From Bdellovibrionota bacterium (lineage in GTDB: Bacteria; Bdellovibrionota; UBA1018; UBA923): 41,437 nt of DNA. Positions 26,872-35,558 of this stretch are shown in pieces. The first letter of the stretch is position 1; each line of letters opens with the position of its first letter. The DNA is taken from the NCBI GenBank assembly GCA_040754655.1, contig JBFMCE010000027.1, positions 1 through 41,437 on the forward strand, written 5' to 3'. The notes beneath the pieces were generated by a model. That model was not told the origin of the DNA. It saw only the letters and a list, made by a program, of their open reading frames with translations, and ran no database searches. Position numbers and translations under genes: made by a program.

Positions 26872-27369
26872 ATGAAGATAAAGGAGTTCTTGCAAGGGCG
26901 TTTCATGGGGCATCCATTGCATCCTGCGCTGGTGCATCTTCCGGTAGGGCTGTGGGTCGCGAGCTTTTTCTTCGATATCGCGTCGCTCTTGAATTCGAAT
27001 CCCGTGATTGGGCATTTTTTCGTAATAACCTCTTACTATTGCATTTTACTCGGCGTGATCGCGGCTTTCCCGACGGCGGTGAGCGGCGTCGCGGAATTCG
27101 TAGACATCCCCCGTGGCACCAAGCCTCAGGCAATCGCCATAGCGCACATGACTTTAAATGTGATCTTGCTTGCGGGTTACATCGTGCAGCTCGTATCCCG
27201 AGACACGAACCGAGGATCAGTTGCGATCGGAACTTTCGTATTCAATACGCTGGAGTTTCTGATTTTGTCTTATTCAGGCTACCTCGGGGGAAAACTCGCC
27301 TACGAACATCGCATAGGAAGCAGGGACCATGCGAGATCGGACGGCGTGAATCACCGCAAGGTTGCCTGA
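26872..27369 (+). CDS. DUF2231 family membrane protein
   Basis: GHPLHPALVHLPVG, HMTLN and SGYLGGKLAY motifs; four TM helices; RBS GGGGG. Confidence 0.85.
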   Translation: MKIKEFLQGRFMGHPLHPALVHLPVGLWVASFFFDIASLLNSNPVIGHFFVITSYYCILLGVIAAFPTAVSGVAEFVDIPRGTKPQAIAIAHMTLNVILLAGYIVQLVSRDTNRGSVAIGTFVFNTLEFLILSYSGYLGGKLAYEHRIGSRDHARSDGVNHRKVA

Positions 27370-27372
27370 GAT

Positions 27373-27882
27373 TCAAGCAACCTTTTGCTCTGAAGAATCG
27401 AGTCGTGGCGGGCGACGAGTTCGGAGGCGTCGGCTTCGGAGGGTTTGCATTTTACCGACCAGGGCTCCAAAGAACAGGTGTGAAAAGAGGAGGAAACCCG
27501 CGAGGCCAAAGCCATAGTCCAAACCGAAAAAACCCGGCATGAGATGGGGCTGAGCTTTTGAAAGCGGGTGATGAGCCGATAAAATCCCAAAGATAAGTCC
27601 GGTCAGAGTCCAATGAACAAGGCCGAACGCCAGGCCTGCCTTGGTGCCACTTTTTCGAAGTGTCTTAAAGCCTAAAGCGTAAAAAAGCCCGCAAAAGCTT
27701 CCCGCCATTAAGCTAACGCTAAATCCTAAGACCCAGGTGCCTTCTCCTATTGTATTTGTGACGAAGCTGCCCAAGATCATTTCGAGATCAAAGTTGACGA
27801 GGAGAATGTTCCTTCCCAAAGCCGCGAGTAAACTGATCAGGAAGGCGGCCAGCGCTCCGGCTATGTAACCCATCACCAACAC
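27373..27882 (-). CDS. Hypothetical membrane protein (about 4 TM)
   Basis: RBS AGGAGA before GTG; hydrophobic helices; HLFFGALVG. Confidence 0.7.
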   Translation of the reverse strand: MLVMGYIAGALAAFLISLLAALGRNILLVNFDLEMILGSFVTNTIGEGTWVLGFSVSLMAGSFCGLFYALGFKTLRKSGTKAGLAFGLVHWTLTGLIFGILSAHHPLSKAQPHLMPGFFGLDYGFGLAGFLLFSHLFFGALVGKMQTLRSRRLRTRRPPRLDSSEQKVA

Positions 27883-27918
27883 TTAACATCTCCTGGCTAC
27901 GTTGATCTGCTTGGCACT

Positions 27919-28062
27919 TCAATCGCCGGCTCCCAAAGCGCGTTCTTCTTTTTCAAGCGTGCTTGGATTTTTTGCGGGCTTGTTCTCTGTATTCCTCTTA
28001 TCAGGATGTGTCGAGGGTCCTTGTACCGAGGTTTGTTCCTTTTTTTCTTCTTTGATGTTCAT
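27919..28062 (-). CDS. Putative 47-aa hydrophilic small protein
   Basis: MNIKEEKKEQTSVQGPSTHPDKRNTENKPAKNPSTLEKEERALGAGD; fills the gap directly downstream of a sigma54 promoter; not in the ORF track. Confidence 0.45.
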   Translation of the reverse strand: MNIKEEKKEQTSVQGPSTHPDKRNTENKPAKNPSTLEKEERALGAGD

Positions 28063-28078
28063 AACAATACACACATAA

Positions 28079-28094
28079 AGCAAGTGTTATGCCA
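28079..28094 (-). promoter_or_regulatory. Sigma54 -24/-12 promoter
   Basis: Minus strand TGGCAT-AACAC-TTGCT. Confidence 0.7.
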
Positions 28095-28129
28095 CGCTAG
28101 TGGAATGCTCAGGCCCCTGAGCCTTGCTA

Positions 28130-29035
28130 TTATTCTTTTGCGCACAGATCATTTTGTATCGTGGTCGCGGCGATGGCTGCTTGACCTGCGGCGACCGAGA
28201 GCTGGGCGAGCAGGTTCACGCAATCTCCAACCCCGAACATGCCGGGGATTGAGAGGCGTTGTTCGGTTGTCGCGATCAGAAAACCTTCCTTTGATCTCCT
28301 GAGTTGCCTGAGTTCACAAAAGGCCGAATCTCTCACGACTGCTCCCAACATGGGATAGACCACGCTTGAGAAAACTGGGGTACGGTCTTCAAAGCACAGC
28401 CAAACTCCGCGCTTGATGCGGCTGGGTTCGATTGAGCGCAATGTCGCGCGATGCAGCCGCACGCGAAGCTTCCTGAGCTCGTGCATCCTTTGGGGCGCTA
28501 TAGCAAGCGCTGCCGGGACAACGATATGCAGGCGCCGGGTGTACCGCGACAGGAAAAATGCTTTTTGCAGGCCGTGATCATCGCGAGCGAGTATCGTGAC
28601 GGGTTCATTGCGATAGTCATAAGCGTCGCATACGGGGCAGTACCGCAGTAAACCACGCCGTCTTAAGTCTTTGAGGTTATCGAGATCGGGATGAATGTCT
28701 TCTATGCCGGTGGCTAAAATCACTTTGCGCGCAATCAACGGAGTCTGGTTGCCGACCTTGATCTTGAAACCGGAACGGTGTCGTGTGACCAGAGCTTCTC
28801 CAGCCAAACGATCTACTTTAAGTTTATTCAGATGCCTTGTGAGACGAGACAGGATCTGAGAGCCACTGATTCCGTTCGGGAATCCCATCAGGTTGCGTGT
28901 CTTTGGGATGACCATGGCACGGGGAATGCCGCTATTCACCACTACCACAGAGCGAAGATAACGCTTCAAGTAAAGAGCTGAAACAAGCCCTCCCGGGCCG
29001 CCTCCGATGACAGCGCAATCAAAGTCGTAATTCAT
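28130..29035 (-). CDS. Thioredoxin reductase-like NAD(P)/FAD-dependent oxidoreductase
   Basis: VIGGGPGG FAD motif, VILATG, YCPVCD and FGVGDC; start trimmed to ATG 29035. Confidence 0.88.
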   Translation of the reverse strand: MNYDFDCAVIGGGPGGLVSALYLKRYLRSVVVVNSGIPRAMVIPKTRNLMGFPNGISGSQILSRLTRHLNKLKVDRLAGEALVTRHRSGFKIKVGNQTPLIARKVILATGIEDIHPDLDNLKDLRRRGLLRYCPVCDAYDYRNEPVTILARDDHGLQKAFFLSRYTRRLHIVVPAALAIAPQRMHELRKLRVRLHRATLRSIEPSRIKRGVWLCFEDRTPVFSSVVYPMLGAVVRDSAFCELRQLRRSKEGFLIATTEQRLSIPGMFGVGDCVNLLAQLSVAAGQAAIAATTIQNDLCAKE

Positions 29036-29074
29036 CGACCACCTTTTCCGAGTGAAATGTGTTAACTTGCCGGC

Positions 29075-29548
29075 ATGCGACAAGACGGTTCGGACCCTTT
29101 GAAAGAAGCCCAGAATCTTGCGTATGCAAGGCTTGCGCGTCGTGAGCATTCGCGCCTTGAACTTTACGATTACTTAAAGAACAAGGGAGTTGAGTCCTCT
29201 TTAGCTCGCAGTCTGTTGGATGGTTTCGTTGAAAAGGGATGGATCAACGACGAACGCTACGCAGAGCTTTTGATTCGCTCTGAGGTCCGAAAAGGCAAAG
29301 GCGCTCACCATATCCAGCGAAAATTAAAAGCAAAGGGGATCAGCCTTGACCTTGCTGAGATAAAACGGCTTTCAGGCGAGGAAGACATCGAAACTGAGGT
29401 CACACGCGCCCAAGAGATCGTTGAGAGGCGGTATTCTGAAGTCGCGCAAGACGTTGCCGCAAGACGAAGGGCTTATCAGGCGCTCTTAAGAAGAGGGTTC
29501 TCATTCGAAGTCGCCCGGCAAGCGATTGAGAGGCTTGGCAAGAGGTGA
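29075..29548 (+). CDS. recX: Regulatory protein RecX
   Basis: LARREHSRLEL, GWINDERYA, KLKAKGI and LLRRGFS. Confidence 0.9.
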   Translation: MRQDGSDPLKEAQNLAYARLARREHSRLELYDYLKNKGVESSLARSLLDGFVEKGWINDERYAELLIRSEVRKGKGAHHIQRKLKAKGISLDLAEIKRLSGEEDIETEVTRAQEIVERRYSEVAQDVAARRRAYQALLRRGFSFEVARQAIERLGKR

Positions 29549-29565
29549 ACTGCGCTCTCGGTCGG

Positions 29566-30243
29566 TTATCTTGAGAGTTCATCCGCGAGGGTTTGCGCAA
29601 TTTTTTTCCTGAAGATCGGGTCGTCTAAAATTCTCTTTCGGAGCGGGTTTGACAACTCGATTTGAACTCCCGCTTTCTTGCAGCGATTCACGATATTTTT
29701 GGGATGCTTGCCCCGAAGGTGTTCAGGGCACGTTGAAACGATTTCGATCTCGAGTCCTTTCTCAGACAATGCTTGTTTGATTTGCGAACGCAGTTTTTCG
29801 TTTTGCCCGCCTATGCAGATAGATTTCCTGATTTTCTCCTTGAAGCCATGAATCGATAAACAGCTTTCTGATTTAGAGACCAATTCAATCGCGCGTGGTT
29901 CGTCAAAACGCGTGCTGGTGATGTGCAGGCCGTCGATCAGCGATTCAAAAATGTACAAATTATGGTTTTTTTCGTCGGCAATGGATCGGGCTAGCTCGCC
30001 GGTGCCTATCTCTGTTTTTCCAGCATGGATTGCGAGGACCGTAGTTGGCGAATCCCGATAAAGAAGGCGGATTTTGTAATGGATCCCTTCTATTTTGCCT
30101 CGCAAGGTGTTTGTGAGGAGGTGTTCTTGGGCAAGATCGCCTTTTGCATTGAACGCGCCCGAAAGGTTTTCGGCGGTCGCCGTTGAAGTCGCGCCGAGAA
30201 TGAGCCAGCCGAACCATTTCAGAGAGAATCGCCTCGTTTTCAT
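29566..30243 (-). CDS. Poly-gamma-glutamate hydrolase family protein (DUF867/PghP-like), secreted
   Basis: AIHAGKTEIGT, LHITSTRFDEP, LSIHG, HPKNIVNR and GVQIELS; N-terminal signal peptide. Confidence 0.85.
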   Translation of the reverse strand: MKTRRFSLKWFGWLILGATSTATAENLSGAFNAKGDLAQEHLLTNTLRGKIEGIHYKIRLLYRDSPTTVLAIHAGKTEIGTGELARSIADEKNHNLYIFESLIDGLHITSTRFDEPRAIELVSKSESCLSIHGFKEKIRKSICIGGQNEKLRSQIKQALSEKGLEIEIVSTCPEHLRGKHPKNIVNRCKKAGVQIELSNPLRKRILDDPIFRKKIAQTLADELSR

Positions 30244-31643
30244 GTCAGGCTTTGGTTTTGCCTTAAGGTTTTACCTGAAACCGTTTTGCGGACGGATCTT
30301 GGGATGGTGAAAGAAAACGTACTGCCCCTGCCGGGTCCGCTTTCAAACCAGATGCGCCCGCCGTGCGCCACGACCATTGCGTTTGCGATGAACAGACCCA
30401 GCCCGTGACCCTGGTGCGCCGTCGTAGATTTTGACTGCCAATAACGCTTGAATACTTGAGACGCCTGGCCGCCAGAGATCCCCGGGCCTTGATCAGCGAT
30501 AGAGAAAATCACTTCCCGCGGATTCGATTGGATGCGGATAGTGATAAACTGCCCCTCGGGGCTGAACTTGATCGCATTGCCGATCAGGTTGGAAAGCACC
30601 TGCAGCACTCTTTCACGATCGCAGATCAACGGGGCGGAGTCGTTGTCGTAATCGAGTTTGATTCGTACTAACTTTTGCATGGCGTGGTTCTTCAAGAGAT
30701 CAAGGGCCTCGCCCACGAGCGTGCGCGGATCTTGCGGCTTCAGTTCGAGGGGAATGGCATTGGCCTCAATCCTAGCCAAATCAAGCAGATCAGAAATCAG
30801 GCGATGCATCCGTTCGGATGCCCGTCCTATCGTTTCCACCGAGCTCTTGATAAGCTTGCTGCGCTCGGTATCGGGCAGATGCTTTTGGATGAAAGAAACG
30901 CTCATCATGATGGCGGACAAGGGGTTCTTCAAATCGTGGGAAACCATCGCCAGTAGATCATCCCTGGCTACGACAGCCTTCTCAAGATTGCGGTGCATCC
31001 GGTTCAGCGTCCGGGTCAGCAAAAAGGCGATCGCGATCGCCAAAATCAAAGCGGCGGACGCGATGAAAATGATCATCCTTATCGCGCTGTCCGCCGACTC
31101 TATTGAGAGCTGTAGATTCTGAGCCAACAGTATTTCCTTGCCATCGGTGAACCGGCTCAATGCTTGGTCGAGGTCGTCGAATTCGGGCATGAGTTTTTCT
31201 TCATAGACTTTCCTGAGAGAGGCCTGGTTTTTCGTCGAACGCGACTTGACCAGGTCTTGAAAGAGATGTTCATGCGCTTTCCTTTTTTCGAAGATCTGGC
31301 TCAGCAAACTGACTGATTTTGGATCACGCTCCCTCTTGATAAGATTTTCAAGAGTCGCTTGGGCCTGATCTTTCGCGACCTTCAAGTCGGCAAGGTAGGT
31401 GCCGTCTCGAGTAATGAGGTAACCTCTGATTGCTCCGCTTTCCTGGTGGATGGCTGTTTTTAGCTTTTCGACCTCGATGAGGTCTTGCGAGTTTTGAAGG
31501 GCGACCCTGTCTTTGATGTGAATCACGCTTCGCAGCGCCAATAGCGAGGCGAGACCGACTGAAATCCCCAAGAGAATGGTTATTGTGAATCCTATTCCGA
31601 TTCTTTGTCCAAAGCCGAAATTGAAACCAAAGATCTTTCTCAT
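30240..31643 (-). CDS. CHASE3-type membrane sensor histidine kinase
   Basis: Two TM helices around RGYLITRD (CHASE3/four-helix bundle); VSHDLKNPL, NLIGNAIKF, DQGPGI and GHGLGL. Confidence 0.88.
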   Translation of the reverse strand: MRKIFGFNFGFGQRIGIGFTITILLGISVGLASLLALRSVIHIKDRVALQNSQDLIEVEKLKTAIHQESGAIRGYLITRDGTYLADLKVAKDQAQATLENLIKRERDPKSVSLLSQIFEKRKAHEHLFQDLVKSRSTKNQASLRKVYEEKLMPEFDDLDQALSRFTDGKEILLAQNLQLSIESADSAIRMIIFIASAALILAIAIAFLLTRTLNRMHRNLEKAVVARDDLLAMVSHDLKNPLSAIMMSVSFIQKHLPDTERSKLIKSSVETIGRASERMHRLISDLLDLARIEANAIPLELKPQDPRTLVGEALDLLKNHAMQKLVRIKLDYDNDSAPLICDRERVLQVLSNLIGNAIKFSPEGQFITIRIQSNPREVIFSIADQGPGISGGQASQVFKRYWQSKSTTAHQGHGLGLFIANAMVVAHGGRIWFESGPGRGSTFSFTIPRSVRKTVSGKTLRQNQSLT

Positions 31644-31748
31644 ATTCTCATTTCTTAAGGTTGTTTGGCGCCTTCTCTCGAAGCAATCAACATCATCTAA
31701 ACAATAAACGAAAAGTCATGCCGCGACGCTTAATGCCCAGAACTCTTT

Positions 31749-31764
31749 TGGCACAAGGATTGCT
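31749..31764 (+). promoter_or_regulatory. Sigma54 -24/-12 promoter of the ferritin-like gene
   Basis: TGGCAC-AAGGA-TTGCT is a perfect consensus match, about 40 nt upstream of the ATG. Confidence 0.75.
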
Positions 31765-31802
31765 GGCCTTAGCGAGCACAAGGAATTTCATGAAAAGGTA
31801 GG

Positions 31803-32273
31803 ATGACGATGGAAACAAGAGAGCTAGTAAGTCGACTGCATACGCTGGTGAAACTCGATATCGACGCTGTCCGCGCTTATGAACAAGCGATGGAAAAAAT
31901 CGAAGTCGTTTCAATTCGCAATCAACTCGAGCAATTTAAAGCAGACCATGAACGTCATATCACCGAATTGTCTGAAGCCATTCAACGGTTCGGAGGCGAA
32001 GCGCCTAAGATGAGTCCCGACCTCAAGGGATTCTTGATCGAAGGCTTTACGGCTTTGAGAAGCGTTACGGGTACCGAGGGCGCGCTCAAGGCGATGCAAA
32101 TGAACGAGAAACTTACGAACAAAACTTATGAAGATGCGATTTCGTGGAATGTTCCGGCTGACATCAGAACGGTGCTTGTTCGAGGGCTCGATGATGAACG
32201 TCGGCACCTCGAGTACATTCAGCACGCCATAGAAAGTCGAATTTGGGAGTCAGTTGATCGGAAGACGGCCTGA
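31803..32273 (+). CDS. Ferritin-like domain protein (DUF2383 type)
   Basis: LDIDAVRAYEQA, DHERH, NEKLTNKTY and DERRH four-helix-bundle motifs. Confidence 0.85.
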   Translation: MTMETRELVSRLHTLVKLDIDAVRAYEQAMEKIEVVSIRNQLEQFKADHERHITELSEAIQRFGGEAPKMSPDLKGFLIEGFTALRSVTGTEGALKAMQMNEKLTNKTYEDAISWNVPADIRTVLVRGLDDERRHLEYIQHAIESRIWESVDRKTA

Positions 32274-32283
32274 CGCTCAATTA

Positions 32284-32327
32284 AGCAGGCAACACCGCTG
32301 GGCAGTGGGACAGAAGTGTTGCCTGCT
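32284..32327 (+). terminator. 12-bp stem-loop after the ferritin-like gene (possible terminator or stabiliser)
   Basis: AGCAGGCAACAC-N20-GTGTTGCCTGCT; only a weak U tract follows. Confidence 0.4.
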
Positions 32328-32492
32328 CTTCATCGCGAACCATCTGGTTCATCATTAGCGAACCTAATCATCTAAAAAATAGAAGACTTTCACGAAAAGA
32401 CTCGTATTTTGCGCCACACGCACACCTCTGATTTTTTTCCAGGTCTGTGGTATAAAGAACTACATTGAACTTTATTCGGAGGTGGAACAGTC

Positions 32493-33410
32493 ATGGCCGG
32501 GTTTAAAAGAATATTTTTGTTCATGGCGCTCAACTTCGCCATCGTCATCACTCTTTCAGTGCTGACCCAGGTTCTAGGCATCCGTCCCTATCTTTCAGCG
32601 CGAGGAATTGATTACGGCGCGCTCATGGGGTTTTGCTTGGTATGGGGCATGGGCGGCGCCTTTATTTCGCTAGCTCTTTCTCGAATGATAGCCAAGTGGA
32701 CGATGGGCGTGCAAGTGGTCGATCCCAATACGCGTGACCCTGAATTGCAAGAGCTGGTGCAAACGGTGCACGGTCTTTCCCGCGCGGCCGGACTTCCTGC
32801 AATGCCTGAAGTCGGGATCTATGAATCCTCTGAAGTGAATGCGTTTGCCACGGGGCCCACGAAGTCGCGCGCCTTGGTTGCGGTATCGACGGGCTTGCTT
32901 CATCGCATGAAACGCGATGAGGTTGAGGGCGTCTTGGGGCATGAGGTCGCCCACATCGCCAATGGCGACATGGTGACGATGACTTTGCTCCAAGGAGTTG
33001 TGAACGCATTTGTGATGTTCCTCGCTCGTGCGATAGCTTTCGCTGTTGCCCAAGCAGCTGCAGGTCGTCGCGATGATGACAGCGGATCAGAGGGAATTTC
33101 TCATGGGGTCTATTTTATCACTCAGATCGTGCTTGAGATCATCTTCATGATCTTAGGCTCGATCGTGGTCGCTTGGTTTTCGCGATATCGCGAATACCGC
33201 GCGGACTCGGGTGGTGCAAGACTTGCGGGTAGGGACAAGATGGTGAATGCCCTCCAGGCCTTGCGACGCACTTATGAGATCGTTGATCCCAACGCCCAAC
33301 CGGCGGCACAAACCTTGAAGATCTCTAGCCATGGAAGCGGAATTTTTAGGCTCTTCTCAACGCATCCGCCCCTTGAAGAGCGGATTGCTCGTTTAGAACA
33401 GACCGCTTAA
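32493..33410 (+). CDS. htpX: Zinc metalloprotease HtpX
   Basis: NAFATGP, HEVAH (HExxH), NGDMVTMTLLQG, SRYREYRAD and STHPPLEERI. Confidence 0.96.
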   Translation: MAGFKRIFLFMALNFAIVITLSVLTQVLGIRPYLSARGIDYGALMGFCLVWGMGGAFISLALSRMIAKWTMGVQVVDPNTRDPELQELVQTVHGLSRAAGLPAMPEVGIYESSEVNAFATGPTKSRALVAVSTGLLHRMKRDEVEGVLGHEVAHIANGDMVTMTLLQGVVNAFVMFLARAIAFAVAQAAAGRRDDDSGSEGISHGVYFITQIVLEIIFMILGSIVVAWFSRYREYRADSGGARLAGRDKMVNALQALRRTYEIVDPNAQPAAQTLKISSHGSGIFRLFSTHPPLEERIARLEQTA

Positions 33411-33427
33411 AGGGGTGTGTTCAGCGC

Positions 33428-34078
33428 TTAAGCAGCCTGAACAGCATCTAAAAAGTTCCAAAGTGAATGAGAGCTTTTCTCAGCTGCTTTTGAGGAAAGC
33501 TCTTTTTCTTTTGGGCTTAGCTCTCCAAGAAGTTCAGCGATCGCTTGGCTATGGTATACGTCAGCTTTGCGGTGTACTTCAAAGAAGGCCAACGTACGTA
33601 CGTCTTTAATATCATAGTGAGCTCTGAGCGCCTCAATCTTGAAGGCGGCGATTTCAGGAACTTGCTGCTCATAAGCAAACAAGGCTCCTAGTCCTTCTGC
33701 ATAACTGCTTTGGGTGTAGCTTAAGAAAGTATCGATCAAGGATCGGGTTGCGGGTAAAAGTTCGGCGGTCTCTACTTTTGTTCTGTCAGTACCCATGCCC
33801 TCGGCAAAGCGTAACCAAAGTTCCGGATGATTTTCTTCCCCGCGCTCTTCGTCAATCAAGTTTTCAAGAAGTGCCTGACGTGCCTTTTTGGATTCGCTCT
33901 TGGAATGAATAGCGCTCACATACCGTGGAAACGCATTTACGTGGTGATAATACTGCTCAGCGTAGAGGCAGAGCTTCTCGCGTGAAATTGCGCCGTTGCT
34001 CCAAGCTTGGTAGAATTCGTGCTTCAAGAGGTGTTTTTCTGAAATTTGTTTTAAAAGCGAGATTGAAAAGTTTTCCAT
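33428..34078 (-). CDS. CADD family (PqqC/heme-oxygenase-like dimetal) protein, putative pABA synthase
   Basis: LLKHEFYQAW, ENLIDEE…NHPELW, AYEQQVPEIAAFK and FFEVHRKADVYH. Confidence 0.88.
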   Translation of the reverse strand: MENFSISLLKQISEKHLLKHEFYQAWSNGAISREKLCLYAEQYYHHVNAFPRYVSAIHSKSESKKARQALLENLIDEERGEENHPELWLRFAEGMGTDRTKVETAELLPATRSLIDTFLSYTQSSYAEGLGALFAYEQQVPEIAAFKIEALRAHYDIKDVRTLAFFEVHRKADVYHSQAIAELLGELSPKEKELSSKAAEKSSHSLWNFLDAVQAA

Positions 34079-34162
34079 AGTGGCCTCGTATTAGACTTGG
34101 CCACGTGCTTAGTAAATACCTTTCTATCGTTGGGCTCTCGAAACTTCCTCAGAAGAGCTCTA

Positions 34163-34639
34163 TCAGGCGGCCATGCTATCTGGGGACCGGTTAAACAAGC
34201 CTTCGAGAATAGTCTCCCGCACGAAACGCACGTGCTCGACCTCTTCCTTCAAAGCTTGTTCGAATTTGTCGCGACACTCTTTGTCGCCGAGCTGATCAGC
34301 GAAGATCACAAGAAATTCCCAATTTGCGGTGTCGTTGAGTTCCGCCGTTAAGACAGCATCGATGGCTTCTTTGAAAGAGGTCGCATCGACCACTTCGGCA
34401 ATGGCCTGCGTTTCCATTTCGACCACTCTGGCCGAAGGGGTGAGTGATTCAGGATCCGCCCCGTAACGCTTCAACACTTCGGTCAGCATCTTCTGGTGGC
34501 TCTTTTCTTGTCCCAGAATCTCTTGAAATCGCTGGCGCAAGTGGTTCGGGCATATTTTCAGGACTTTCTCGTAAAGCTCGACCCCGTTTTTCTCAAAATG
34601 CCAACGTGCGACGCACTTGTCGATGAAATCTTTCTTCAT
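34163..34639 (-). CDS. Ferritin-like domain protein
   Basis: FEKNGVELYE, QEKSH, AELNDTANWE and EEVEH diiron-type motifs. Confidence 0.8.
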   Translation of the reverse strand: MKKDFIDKCVARWHFEKNGVELYEKVLKICPNHLRQRFQEILGQEKSHQKMLTEVLKRYGADPESLTPSARVVEMETQAIAEVVDATSFKEAIDAVLTAELNDTANWEFLVIFADQLGDKECRDKFEQALKEEVEHVRFVRETILEGLFNRSPDSMAA

Positions 34640-34718
34640 AGCTGCTCCTTCGGAAAAAAGCGCTCTTGTTCTAAAGATTTCTCAAAAGCAAGAAGCGTGC
34701 TCATCTTGAAGAAGAGGT

Positions 34719-35375
34719 TTACAAGGCCGTCGCCCGGGAGGTTCGCATCGCCCACCAACGTTTTAACACTCCAAAAACCATCGGCAGGATTGAAATGAAA
34801 ATCACGATGACGATGATTTTGTCGAGGCGATTAGCCAGAGGCGTTTGTCCCAGGTAGTAGCCGACCCAGAGCAGTGAGGTGATCCACAGAAGACCTCCTG
34901 CAATATTCCAGAATACGAAATTCCGGTAAGGCATCCTTGCCACGCCTGCGACGAACGGAACAAAGGTGCGGATAATGGGAACATATCGAGCCGCTACGAC
35001 AGATGGGCCGCCGTACTTTAGATAAAATTCGTGTGCCGCTTCCAGATGCTTCCTTTTATAAAAGCGACCGTCGGGTTTTTCCCAAATGCGATCGCCCGTT
35101 TTCCTTCCCAAGTAGAATCCGAGCTGATCACCAATGACGGCTGCTAGCGCAAGAGCGACGTTGAGCCATACGATATCAAGCGCCGCCACATGGTGGGGAT
35201 TCGCTGGATTGGCAAGCACTCCAGCCGTGATGAGCAGAGAGTCACCAGGCAAAAAGAAGCCAATCAAAAGCCCAGTTTCGGCGAAGATAATCAAAATAAG
35301 GGCCAGCTGTCCGCCCGCTTGGACGATTTGTGAAATGCCTGACGCAGAATGAAGTTCTTTCAACCAATCTAACAT
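34719..35375 (-). CDS. DedA/VTT family membrane protein
   Basis: FAETGLLIGFFLPGDSLL, GDQLGFYLGR and ARYVPIIRTF; start trimmed to ATG 35375. Confidence 0.92.
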   Translation of the reverse strand: MLDWLKELHSASGISQIVQAGGQLALILIIFAETGLLIGFFLPGDSLLITAGVLANPANPHHVAALDIVWLNVALALAAVIGDQLGFYLGRKTGDRIWEKPDGRFYKRKHLEAAHEFYLKYGGPSVVAARYVPIIRTFVPFVAGVARMPYRNFVFWNIAGGLLWITSLLWVGYYLGQTPLANRLDKIIVIVIFISILPMVFGVLKRWWAMRTSRATAL

Positions 35376-35558
35376 AGTGGCTTTGGATGCTCGCATAGCC
35401 ACGTGCGGATTGCAAGAATGGGGCGGATCGTTTTTCACGATTTCATTATGAGGTGAGGCGTCAACGCGTTTTCGGGTTGTCAATGTGAGGTGCTTCGGGC
35501 GTCATGAAAGTACGCACGTTTTTGAATGATGAATATTGGTGCTTGGACGGAGCTAAAC

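Noticed and set aside
26785..27015. Long N-terminal extensions in the ORF track for tsaC (similarly TrxB-like, DedA, the 24854 kinase and the 22435 ORF)
   Set aside because: They overlap divergent genes or promoters; downstream ATGs match family starts or coupling.
34106..34121. GG-N10-GC upstream of CADD as a sigma54 promoter
   Set aside because: The flanks (AGGTAT…AAGCA) deviate too far from the consensus.
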